Of a stretch of 64,000 bases of DNA, positions 26,521 to 38,396 are shown piece after piece. Both the position numbers and the translations under genes were made by a program. The notes below the pieces were generated by a model. The model searched no databases and had not been told where the DNA came from. It saw only the letters and a program-made list of their open reading frames with translations. Source of the stretch: Octopus sinensis (Eukaryota); the NCBI RefSeq assembly GCF_006345805.1, contig NC_042999.1:107198001-107262000 (forward strand). Reading direction: 5' to 3'. Every line of letters starts with the position of its first letter. The first letter of the stretch is position 1.

Positions 26521-28196
26521 CCCATCAGAGTATAATGTTGCTGAACAAGAACTGTTGTCTACATCAGAACTCTTGCTGAATAAAACATTTTTCTCTGTAA
26601 GGATTATTAATTTTATGTGTTGCATATCAATTTAGTATTACAAGAAAATATAAAAAGTAAAGCATTAAGATAACATTTTCTTAACTTACAAAATTAAAAT
26701 TACTAATAAACACAGAGTAAAAGCAATCACTTTGTAACCATGTAGTCTCAAGTTCTATCATATTACATAGCACCTTGAGCAAGTGTCTTATTCAGGAGCC
26801 CCAGGCCAATTAATAATGAAATGAAACTGTATGGATGCCTATTATACACGTTTGTCTCTGTGAGTCCATCTGTGTATATAAGTGCATGTACATAATATAT
26901 TCACTGTGTATTTGTGATGATGTCTACATTATGTATCTTTCCATGAAAGACTTGAGCTAAAACGAGTGACATTTGTTGTCATTTCCTTTCAACAGATCGT
27001 CCTTTTTCTCTAGCTCTGCCTTTTTGATAACAAGTGGAATTTAAGATTCCCTTACTTCAAAAACAGGTAGCGAGCATGCAACTGTAAAAAGCAGCATTGA
27101 AGATGTTTATTTATCTAACCCATTCTAGGACAGGAAAAAAGGAATGCAAAACAAAGGAGCAGTTTCAAAAGCTTCACACATGATGGAAGCTGAGAAAATT
27201 TTTACTTTAGACGTGTATCTGCATTACAATAAAGAAATATGCAAATGTAATCACATACAAAAAGAAGTACATAAAATCTCGCTATAATTTACGTCATTTA
27301 CATTTAGCAAAGCACTGTTTCTACACATTCATCATCTGGGCAATACAAGGTACCTCTGCTAGTAAGCAATATATATAAAGCACTGATATGGCAACTGAAC
27401 AATGCAGACTGGCTATCTTACACATTTATATGTTATATTATAGTTACATAACTCCATACCAAGTCCATTAAGGAAAGTGGGAGGAGGAAGAGAAGGAAAA
27501 TACTTTGGAGATTAAAAATATATTTATATAACATATGCAGCAAAGTTGTGAGCAGTTAAAACAGATTTTTCAGCAAACTGGTTTTTCAATGCAAAACTAC
27601 ACCGGTTTGTTCAGATAACTTCAAGTCTTTCATTTTATGAAAACAAATGCTGAATATGAAAAATGTAATTATAATCATAAACATGTTTTACATCTCTGTT
27701 GCTTCCTTTGACAAAACACAGGTATAATAGATGCTTTCCCTCCATTTACTATAATCATAAAGAATTACCCAAAAGTTTATAACATACCAACACAATACAT
27801 AAAATATACATACATATATACATATGCATGCTGTATATATATATAATGTATATATATATATATATATATATATAATGTGTGTATGATAATTCAATTCTAA
27901 GAGTATAACTTATAGTAGACAGACTTATAATAATAGGGTGTAAATATTGGGTTTAAAATGCTTGGAATAGAAAATGTCTCTGGGATTCAAAACCACATCT
28001 TCGGTAAACATAAGATTGTTACAGAAGATGTGGGTTCAAGTCCCACAGGTGGCCTTCAGCTTTTTCTCTCAATGAGTTTTTTAATCCAAAATTTACATGC
28101 AGTTATTTATAGCTTTATCTACTTTGAGTTTAACCATTAAATATGAATTATTTTGCATTTTTCTAAAAGTTTCTTAATTCTTATGATATAAACAGG

Positions 28197-28354
28197 TGCA
28201 GGAGCAGCAGTGTGGTAAGAAGCTTGCTTCCCAGCCACATGGTTCTGGTTTCAACCCCACTGCATGGCATCTCACACAAGTATCTTCAACTATAGCCTTG
28301 AACCAACCAAGCTTTGTGAGTGGATTTGGTAGATGGAAACTGAAAGAAGCCTGT

Positions 28355-28413
<59 letters not shown>

Positions 28414-28505
28414 CTTTGTATCAGTGTTTGTCTCCCACCATCGCTTGACGATTGATGTTGGTGTATTTACATCCTCATAACTTAGTGGTTTAGCAAAAGA
28501 GAACA
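28197..28505 (+). mobile_element. Family-1 SINE, 3'-truncated
   Basis: Aligns to the reverse complement of 5960-6247. Confidence 0.8.
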
Positions 28506-28617
28506 ATATATATATATATACATACATATATATATATATATATAATATATATTGGTAAAAACGGTAAAATAACAAAAGAAAGAAAGAGACCTCAATATTA
28601 TGTAAATAGAGGAAATT

Positions 28618-28856
28618 TATCTGTAAAATACTATGTGACAATTATTCAATAGCCAAGATAAAACTCTGAGTTTCGGATGCTGAGGTGGAAATCCACAACA
28701 CCATCTAATTTCCCTTTGTATAACGGTCTTTTTTCATAGCGTTTTTCAGATGGCCAAATAACCGAAGAGATGGTGTTGAGGATTTCCACTTCGGCATCCG
28801 AAGCTCAGAGTTTTATCTTGGCTATTGAATAATTGTCACATATCATTTTACAGATA
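28618..28856. repeat. Foldback element with 89-bp inverted arms
   Basis: Arms 28618-28706 and 28768-28856, 6 mismatches counted by eye. Confidence 0.9.
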
Positions 28857-28889
28857 TAATATATATATATATATATATATAATTATAAT

Positions 28890-29576
28890 ATTAGGGAGTG
28901 AATCCAAACTTACAGGGAAAAATTAGATTTAGGATTAAATCTAATTTTACAGTATAAATATATATTATATTAAATTAGAGATAAAACCACTATTAGGCAA
29001 TCAAACAGTGAAAATCATAAGCCAATACATAGAAATAAAATTAATTAAAAAAAAAATTTAAAAAATATAAAATATAAAATATAAAAATCTAAAAATCCAA
29101 TTAAAATATTTAAATTAAAGTTAAAATTTTTAAAAATTATTAAATTAATAATTTAAACTTATAAATTATATATATATTTTTTTATTATTATTTTATTTAA
29201 TTATTTATTTATTTTTCATTTATATTTTTTAGTTTTTATTTTTTTATATTTTTATATTTTTTATATTTATTTATTTTTTTAAACTATCAAAAGTATAAAA
29301 GTTTAATATAAGATAAAGAGTAAAAACACTACGATCGTTTCATGCCCGTTACCAATTCGAATAACAATAATTTAAATTCAATTAATAATTTGAGTTATGG
29401 TTACAGTCAATCTTCAGGTTAATTGTAATATTTTAATAAATAATCAAAAATTTTTTAATATTTTTATATTTTATATTTTATATTTTTTTATATATTTTTA
29501 ATTAATTTTATTTCTATGTATTGGCTTATGATTTTCACTGTTTGATTTGCCTAAGAGTGGTTTTATCTCTAATTTA

Positions 29577-29590
<14 letters not shown>
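28890..29590. repeat. AT-rich foldback element with about 130-bp inverted arms
   Basis: Arms about 28959-29088 and 29460-29588 (ttagagataaaaccact.ttaggcaa.tcaaacagtgaaaatcataagccaatacatagaaat and its inverse). Confidence 0.85.
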
Positions 29591-29608
<18 letters not shown>

Positions 29609-29614
29609 CATGAC

Positions 29615-29770
29615 TAGGACAGGCTTCTTTCAGTTTCCATCTACCAAGTCCACAACAAGGCTTTGGTCAGTCTGAGGCTATAGTGGAAGACACTTGCCCT
29701 AGGTGTCACGCAGTGTGACTGAACCCATAACCATGTGACTGGGAATCAAGCTTTTTACAACACAGCCACA
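29615..29770 (-). mobile_element. Family-1 SINE 5' half
   Basis: Aligns to 6085-6240. Confidence 0.8.
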
Positions 29771-29814
29771 TATGAACATTAGCTTACTTAAAATATCCAA
29801 GTGACATATTTTAA

Positions 29815-30120
29815 CATTATTTTCATTATTTACATTATTTACATTCGATGGATATTTGTCCTCATCTTGTTTGTTGTTAACACAACATTTTGGCTGATAT
29901 ACCCTCCAGCCTTCTTCAAGTATCTTGGGGAAATTTCGAACCTGGGTTCTCATTCCTAAGGTATTTAACGATATTATTATTATTACTATTATTATTATTA
30001 TTATTATTGTTATTATCATCATTATCATTATTATCATTATTATGATTATTGTTCAGGTCACTGCTTGGAATCGAAATTGGAATCTTGGGGTTAGTAGCCC
30101 GCGCTCTTAACCACTACGCC
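29815..30120 (-). mobile_element. tRNA-headed short element with (AAT)n linker and a decayed hammerhead-like tail (family 4)
   Basis: Head ggcgtagtggttaagagc...ttcgattcc. Paralog of 62638-62937. Confidence 0.75.
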
Positions 30121-30801
30121 CATGGGATTATGGCGTAGTGGTTATTTTAACTTCTAAAGCATATTTTAACTCCTAAAGGCAAATTCACTGCAGTAACTGT
30201 AGATAAAGATATCTTCTCTTATAGTAAAAGGCTCAAAAACACCACATTGCCCCAGTGCTTTCCACTATCAGATTCATTAACTTTCCTGAATGGAAAATAC
30301 CAAAAGAAGATAACCCTGGGCAGATTTAAAGAAATAGCCTTAACTAAAAAGTAGTCAACATCAGTGAGTGAATAGCACTATTCGACTGCCTGGTTGGAAT
30401 AACTACAACAAAATTAGTGCCAGGTTAGTTAAAATATGTTTGTGACAAGTTACTTATGTTGACTGTATTTTAGTTAAATTTATGGCTTTGAATCTGGCCA
30501 GGGTTATCTCTCATTGATATTTCCCATTGAGAAAGGCTAAAGAGTCAGAAACATACATCTAGGAATCTGGGCAGATGTGGTGTTTTCACACATTTTACCA
30601 TCAAAGAGAATTTTTTTTTTCTCTCCATGGTAACTGCACTGAATTTGCTTTTAGAGGTTAAAATATTTCACAAACATATTTCAACTAACCTAAAGGGCAT
30701 CTGTTCCTAATTGCAGTTTGCCATTGATGCTGCTATATATAACTAGTGACAATTGAATTTTTCCTTTTGGGTTTTATATTGCATATAGCCACCTTCATTA
30801 T

Positions 30802-30881
<80 letters not shown>

Positions 30882-31052
30882 TATATACATATCCTTTAAG
30901 TTCGTTTATGGGAAACATTTTGAATATGCATATAAAAGCTTCTGTTCTGTTATGCTGACTACAGGCTAATGATGCCAACAGGCAATACCAGTGATGCATT
31001 AAAATATTTATAAACACCATCCAAGCATTATTATTACTATTATATATATATA

Positions 31053-31640
31053 ATCGTGACGTATATTTGCCATTTAAATATGGTTAACCCCTAAGGGTGG
31101 ATGCTACTGTAGTTTGTAGCCCCAGGAGGACACCTCCTCCAGCTGGCTATAGACACACTTTCTGTGCCCTATCAGTGTTTGCAAAGGGAAGCCATCCTTC
31201 CCGTCTCCAAATTATGATACACACGGACTCGAGTTTCTGCGTATTGACCCGTCATCGGCTTATGACAATCACAGTTGTCGATGAAAAGTAGGTTCCCTTC
31301 ACAAATACATATACCTTTTCCAGAATCTAAAGACACTGATATCGAAAAAGTGTAAGCAAGCAATAATAAATCTTAGAGCGAGTTATAAACAGTAGCTACA
31401 ACACATCGTGATGTATATTTGCCATTTAAATATTGCTAACCCCTAACGGGAAGGATGGCTTCCCTTTGCAAATACTGATAGGGCACAGAAAGTGTGTCTA
31501 TAGCCAGCTGGAGGAGGTATCCTCCTGGGGTTACAAACTAGAGTAGCATCCACCCTTAGGGATTAGCCATATTTAAATGGCAAATATACATCACGATGTG
31601 TTGTAGCTACTGTTTATAATTCGCTCTAAGATTTATTATT
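31053..31640. repeat. Nested repeat A-B-C-D-A-B'-A'-D'
   Basis: AB (31053-31203) versus B'A' (31447-31597): 7 mismatches in 151. DA (31362-31446) versus A'D' (31556-31640): 3 in 85. Confidence 0.92.
31220..31264 (-). ncRNA. Minimal type I hammerhead-like motif (variant core)
   Basis: cataag-CCGATGA-cgggtcaatacgca-GAA-ACTCGAGT-C-cgtgtg. Helix III is palindromic, U4C change, helix II weak. Confidence 0.45.
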
Positions 31641-31880
31641 ATATATATAATCATTATAGATATAGGGTAAAGAAATATTAATTTAAAAATTAATAAATTT
31701 TACCAAGTAGCTTCGGTATGGAAAAAAAACCTTTATCAATAAAAACTTATACAAAAAGTTATTTATAATTATAAACATGATTAAGGGATTAGCAGAAAGT
31801 TGCTTCACCACATACCGAAAATTTAGAAATAGCTGTCAAGACTGGTAATTCTTCTACTATAATATATCTCCACAGACATG

Positions 31881-31912
<32 letters not shown>

Positions 31913-31922
31913 ATATATATAT

Positions 31923-31955
<33 letters not shown>

Positions 31956-32073
31956 GTGATAAAGGTGGTTTATTCGTTATTTGCAATTTACAACTGACAT
32001 AGAAATATATGTAAATAAATATAATATCTCATTAATGAGAGACACAGAAAATGGAAGACATGAGAATGTTTAT

Positions 32074-32183
32074 TAATCACTACAACTATTTCGACTCATG
32101 TAGCATTGACTCCTCATAGGTGGGATACATTGCAACTGGTTTTAGAGTATCCAGCAGTATAGATGTATGTCTTCAGGTGATTA
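32074..32183 (-). ncRNA. Type I hammerhead-like motif with long helix II insert
   Basis: taatcac-CTGAAGA-(about 77 nt)-GAA-ATAGTTGT-A-gtgatta. Helix I is a perfect 7 bp. Confidence 0.55.
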
Positions 32184-32349
32184 CAAAATGTATCTCACTA
32201 AAATAAAGACGGTTCTGCAAGATATCTTCTCGGTTTGTGTATCGAAAAGCAGCAAATTAGGGGATTCAGTTTCATTTTTATAGACGATTATTAATAAATA
32301 ACAAATGCAAAAAGAGACAAAGATGCTATACAGTGAAAAAAGTATCAAG

Positions 32350-32470
32350 TATAACCAATATTACATCAGTTTTAAAATTTGATTTATACCTACATTGTTT
32401 AATAAAATGAAGTAGCATGAAACGATTGTACTACACTACCTTGGATATCCTTGTTGCTTATTTTGAGTAT
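32350..32470. repeat. Truncated copy of the 42275-42487 palindromic element
   Basis: tgtttaataaaatgaagtagcatgaaac..ccttgttgcttattttga: 2 differences in 71 nt from the right arm at 42414-42484. Confidence 0.85.
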
Positions 32471-34986
32471 ATATATGCATACTAACGCACACACCAGTGT
32501 GTGCGTGTGTGCATGTACATAAATAGACAATACACACATGTGTCACTTAAAAATAATCTAGAACTAAGTTGATGAAGACAAATTGTTGTTAAAGTTGAGC
32601 ACTTAACAAAAGAAAACTAGTCTGCTTTCCTGAAGATCTATTACTGTCATAGATGTTTAAGCCTTCGACAAGTAAAATTGAGTTTAATAGTGCCTTGAAT
32701 CTAGATCTTGTCCTCTGTGCCAGCATTGTCTTCTACAGAAGCAATCTCTCATAAATCAACTCCAACTGCACTTTTGATTTGATCTTAACCATGTCTCATG
32801 TTTTGTTCTAGTTTTCACATGCAAATTGTGGTTATTGCCTTCACTTTTTATTTATTCATTTTTGGAAAAACAAAGAAATGAAAACGAATTCACTTGAGAT
32901 TAAACGATGCCAAAGAAATATAAACTTGCTATATTTTACCAAAGTTCTCACCTTTAATCAAGCTGCCTACAGAATTGAGTTTTCTGTAGAACAAATTTAA
33001 TTTTGCAAAGTCTAAAATTATACTCAATAAGAACGAACAATATTTTTTTTTACTTAATTTTTTTATGAATTTTTTTTTTGGTTTTACTATTGTCCATCTC
33101 TTTATGGCATTACTGCCTTTTTGCTAATGTAAACGAAAAATAAGTTTATTGTAAACGAATAAAAAGCAAGAGCAGATATAGAAACAGTCAAAAATATCTT
33201 ACAATATTTAGATTAGTATTTCATATTTCTGAGTTCAAATGGTCATATTACAGGTGTCTGACATTACTTCTTATTCTTCAACAGAGGGCTAATAAAATAA
33301 ACACCAGTAATATATTGAGGTTAATTAAATTTGTTTTATCCATTTAGGTAATAAAATGTAAAACAAAATAAAGGTCTAGTGGATCATAAAAAGAAATCAA
33401 ATTAAAACATTACACTTCTCACAGCTCTCTGTCCTTGAAAGCCTATATGTTAATGGTTTTGACTTTTACACTGCTGTCATGGTTTGAGGTTTTTTGGGTT
33501 TTTTTTTTTTTTGTTAATGACAGTTCAAGCAGGCTTTCCAATAATACAGGTCAAATATAGATTTAAGACAGCTTCGTTATGAAGCTTTTAGAATATAAAG
33601 AGTTTGCTGCAACGTATTATTTCATTAAATTATTTTCCCTTTGTTTTCTGAAAGTTTTTCGTTATTGTTATTATTGCTGTTTTTTATTTAAATGTGTTAC
33701 ACTGTTTCCACTATTCACGCCTTTTAATAACACTCTACTTTTTTTTTTATTCTGTAAACACTCTGAATGGAAGAGGGATATTTTTCTTCCAATTTTTTTT
33801 CTATCTTTTTTTTTTCAACATAATCTCTTTACAGATGAACCTGAAAAGTTAATTCTCAGGTTACCAGACCAAATAAGAAGCTGACAATTTCCTATTAATT
33901 TCATCAACTCCACTACTTGTTCTTGTGAGACTTAATAGAAATCTCATTAATCACACACACACACACACAAAAAAAAAGTGATAGCATGCTACTTTTAGCT
34001 GCAAATGATGACAGGAGGAATCAAATTTCCTGGCCCTCTATGTTAGCCTATTAGAGTAACAAAACCCTCAATGGATTAAATCAAGCAGGTGGCAAGTCTG
34101 CTTCCAATCATATCAAAAGGTCTACAATAAAAAAAGAAAATGAAAATGAAAAAGTGAAGAAGCAGAATTTTTTAAACGAAATAAAGAAATAACATTACCA
34201 CTTTAATCTTTCCATAAATTGATAAATTTGAGATATGCCATTCATCTTTTAGTATTAATTTATTTTGTTGTTATTATTCCTCATCTAATTTGCTTCCATT
34301 ACTTGAATTTAGACTTGGGACTAAAGTGGTAGTTCAATTTTAATTCTTAATGTACAGATTTTTTTAATTTAGACTATTCTGTTTGTTTTGTTTTTTCTTT
34401 TCTTTCTCCTTGTGTGTGTGACTGACTGACTGACTATGCCTCAGAAATTCAATCAAACTGACTTTTTCTCTCTTCACAAAACTGTTTATGATCTCGTAAG
34501 GGAGACAGTTGAAGGATTTCTTTTATTTTCTCAACTAATATAACAACTGTCATTGATCGTTGTAGCACAGTTGAGATTTTCATATTGAGAATACAACTGA
34601 TCTTGTCCTTAGTGGAAACAGATAAATCATTTGCTTGTAATAAAGCAGATCAATAAAATGATCTCTTATCTGCAAGTCATACACCTATTTTATCGTTGTT
34701 CTTTAGTTTCAGATCAGCTTTAACTGAGCTGACTTGTTTATGATCAAAGACATTCCAATCATGACCAACCATCCCTTAATTTGTTTCCTTTCAGACATAG
34801 CATATGCACAGTGACATTATGTAGTAGGTCCTCCATTTCTAAAACAGTAGTTTGTGATTTGAGAAAGAGTGGGCTGCTATTGCTAGAAGGTCAAGTAACA
34901 ATAGCTCTGCTGTTAGCTCATGACCAATTTCGCAGGAATTCAAAGCAGAGTTGATAGAATAAAGCCCATTATATTACTAATAACAC

Positions 34987-35404
34987 AAGGCAGCGAGCTG
35001 GCAGAAACATTAGCACACCGGGCGAAAAGTGTAGCCGTATTTCGTCTGCCGTTACGTTCTGAGTTCAAATTCTGCCGAGGTCGACTTTGCCTTTCATCCT
35101 TTCGGGGTCAATTAAATAAGTACCAGTTACGCACTGGGGTTGATATAATCAACTTAATCCGTTTGTCTGTCCTTGTTTGTCCTCTCTGTGTTCAGCCCCT
35201 TATGGGTAGTAAAGAAGTAGGTATTTCGTCTGCCGTTACGTTCTGAGTTCAAATTTCGCAGAGGTCAACTTTGCCTTTCATCCTTTCGGGTTCGATAAAT
35301 TAAGTACCAGTTACACACTGGGGTTGATGTAATCGACTTAATCCCTTTGTCTGTCCTTGTTTGTCCCCTCTATGTTTAGCCCCTTGTGAGCAATAAAGAA
35401 ATAA
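34987..35404 (+). mobile_element. Nin/Deu-like SINE, head-to-tail dimer
   Basis: Full copy 34987-35219 and headless copy 35220-35404, both homologous to 17769-17989. Confidence 0.88.
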
Positions 35405-36224
35405 GTAACACAATACTTAATATCAAACACACATACACAAGGTATGTGTTTTGCTAATTCATGGGCAGGCTGGATTTTAGGCAAAGGAAAATATATTCTC
35501 ATCAACACGCTTGGCGTTAAAACTCCTAGAAGCTGGTCATAAACAAGCAAGAGCAATGGACATCGAGGTTTCATTATTTTTGTGATTTATCAACACTGCA
35601 TACCTGGATGAGGCCCTATGCAAGCTGAATCACCAGTTATGACTATGTGTAAAATGGTGTAAAATGGTAAAATGATGTAAAATGGTGTAAGAACTTTAAT
35701 GTTTTGCTTAGGATTAAACCTAAAAGTAACTAAATAATTAAAGTTATTTTAGGTATTTGAAACAACAAATGTTCCCCTTTTTCTCATCTAGGTATGATTC
35801 CAAGAGAATCATTCTCGTTAGTTGCCTATCAGAACTGTCTTCTTATATAAGTCTTTTCAAATCTAGGTCGTTTTATTTGGCTATTAACTCAACACCAGTA
35901 CTTGAATGCTATTTCGTTTTATTAACCCCAGAAGGATGAATGGTAAAGTTGACCTAACTAAGCCATGAACTTATAGCATACAGGACTGTAACTAAATACT
36001 GCAAGGTATTCAACCCAACAATGGAACTTGGACATGTTCACTCAACCTGCCAAAACCACCATCAAAGTAGACTCCACCCCAACTTGAAAAGTATGATCTT
36101 GGATAATATACACTGGGATCATAATGGATGTAGAGCAAAAAGCAAACACAAGGAGAAAGAGCAGCTACTTGTATTATAACTAGAGTTAACTTGTTATATG
36201 CATTATTCTGAATATGGTTTTTCT

Positions 36225-36435
36225 CATATGGGAGTCCAAACTTACAGCATATGATCCATTGCAAATACAGACCAAGTCTACCATAGCAATCAGTATACTC
36301 ATTTGAGGCTAACATAGAGCAGCCTGAGATTGTTTTTTTGGTGTTATCTCAAAAACAGCAGTTAGGATCAATGCCATTTTGAAGTATGTTAGCTTGGTAG
36401 TCTCTTGTGAGTAGTCACTGATCTTGAACTGCTGT
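36225..36435 (-). pseudogene. R4/Dong/NeSL-like (restriction-like endonuclease type) LINE C-terminal remnant
   Basis: QDQ*LLTRDYQANILQNGIDPNCC...SGCSMLASNEYTDCYGRLGLYLQWIICCKFGLPYEKN. Confidence 0.65.
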
Positions 36436-36906
36436 AAAGAAGACTTATGTTCCTAATTGTGTATATGTATGTATAGTAAGAACAAAACCAACAATTTAAA
36501 TACAAGTATACAAAGAGAAAGGGGTTAATACATACCTATAGCACTCATATAAAAAGTAGTTTCAGGTTTGTTTAACATTTTTTCAATATACCTCATAAAT
36601 TTACTGGTATTTTTATATTGAATCAACTGTGCATAAGACAAAATAGTAAAGATTTACAAAATGTAAATAATAAAGTTAAATTAAGTAATGAACTTAAATT
36701 GTAAAAACTATAATGACATTATAATGCAATACAATAGTGCTATAAAGATTTTGTTACATTTTTATCTTTTCATTCGAGTTGCTACTATGCACAGAGAAAC
36801 ATGACACAGACTTCTCTATATAAATGCAAATCATTATTTATGAAAGGAGCAAATATATTGGAAATAATTGTGTGTGTGTATGCAAATGTACATGTATACA
36901 TATATC

Positions 36907-37985
36907 CTCATCATCGTCGTCGTCGTTTAACGTCCGCTTTCCATGCTAGCATGGGTTGGATGATTTGACTGAGGACTGGCGAACCAAATGGCTGCACCAG
37001 GCTCCAAATCTTAATCTGGCAGTGTTTCTACAGCTGGATGCCCTTCCTAACGCCAACCACTTCATGAGTGTAGTGGGTGCTTTTACGTTCCACCGGCATG
37101 AGGGACAGTAAGGCGACACTGGTAATGATCACATTCAAATGGTACTTTTTATGTGCCACCGGCATTGAAGCCAGTTAGCTGCTCTGGCAATGATCATGCT
37201 CAGATGGTACTCTTAGCACTCCACTAGCACAGATACCAGTCATCGAATTTGATTTCGATTTCACTTGCCTCAACAGGTCTTCACAAGCAGAGTTTAGTGT
37301 CCAATGAAGGAAAGGTACGCATAAGAGGGCTGGTTACGCTCCTGGCTTAGACCACGAGGTTATGGTCTCATTTGGCTTGCCAGGTCTTCTCAAGCACAGA
37401 ATATTTCCAAAATTTCAGTCACTAGTCACTGCTTTGGTGAGGCCTAATATTCGAAGGACATGCTTCACCACCTCATCCCAGGTCTTCCTGGGTCTACCTC
37501 TTCCACAGGTTCCCTCAACTACTAGGGTGTGGCACTTTTTCACACACCTATCCTCATCCATTCTCGCCACATGACCATACCAGCACAGTTGTCTCTCTTG
37601 CACACTACATCTGATGCTTCACAGGTCCAACTTTTCTCTCAAGGTACTTACACTCTGTCGAGTATGCACACTGACATTACACATCCATCAGATCATACAG
37701 GCTTCATTCCTTGTGAACTTACGCATATCCTCAGCAGTCATGGCCCATGTTTCACTGCCATGTAGCATGGCTTTTCGTTCATATGCATCATACAGTCTAC
37801 CTTTTACTCTGAGTGAGAGGCCCTTTGTCACCAGCAGAGGTAAGAGCTCTCTGAACTGTGCCCAGGTTATTCTTATTCTAGCAGCTACACTTTCAGTGCA
37901 CCCTCCCCCACTACTGACGTGGTCACCTAGGTAATGGAAGCTATCAGCTACTTCTAGTTTTTCTCCCTAGAATGTGGCAAAAGTT
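36907..37985 (-). mobile_element. 5'-truncated RTE copy (same family as 1-1769)
   Basis: QERQLCWYGHVARMDEDRCVKKC..RGRPRKTW, plus UTR and (GAT/GAC)n tail. Confidence 0.92.
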
Positions 37986-38013
37986 GTTCTCTCTCTCTCT
38001 CTCTCTCTCTCTC

Positions 38014-38072
<59 letters not shown>

Positions 38073-38396
38073 CTGTTGTTTCTGGGGAGAGTCACTCTCT
38101 TCTGGCGCCATACAACTCACCAGTAAAACTTCCACCCACTTCCCCGCCATTCCTCCAAAACTCCTATTGCACCCTGCAACTCTTTCAATAGTTTTGAGAG
38201 TCAAAACTATTGAAAAGCTTGCAAGGCGCAACAAAAATTTTAGGAAAATAAAAAAGAAACAAGTGGAAACTCCACCAGTGAGTGTGTTAAACCACAAGGC
38301 ACCAAAAGAGAATGACTCTTCCCAGACACAACAGTATATGCTTCAACACACAAACTCACATAAAGAATCTTGCAAACCAAATCCAAAAACGAAATA

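Noticed and set aside
30065-30120. Possible tRNA gene (also 62885-62935 and other SINE heads)
   Set aside because: Only A/B boxes and partial arms are present, with no complete acceptor stem, and each continues into a repeat body.
35647-35690. Short gtaaaatg tandem repeat
   Set aside because: Only 4-5 degenerate units, consistent with ordinary slippage.
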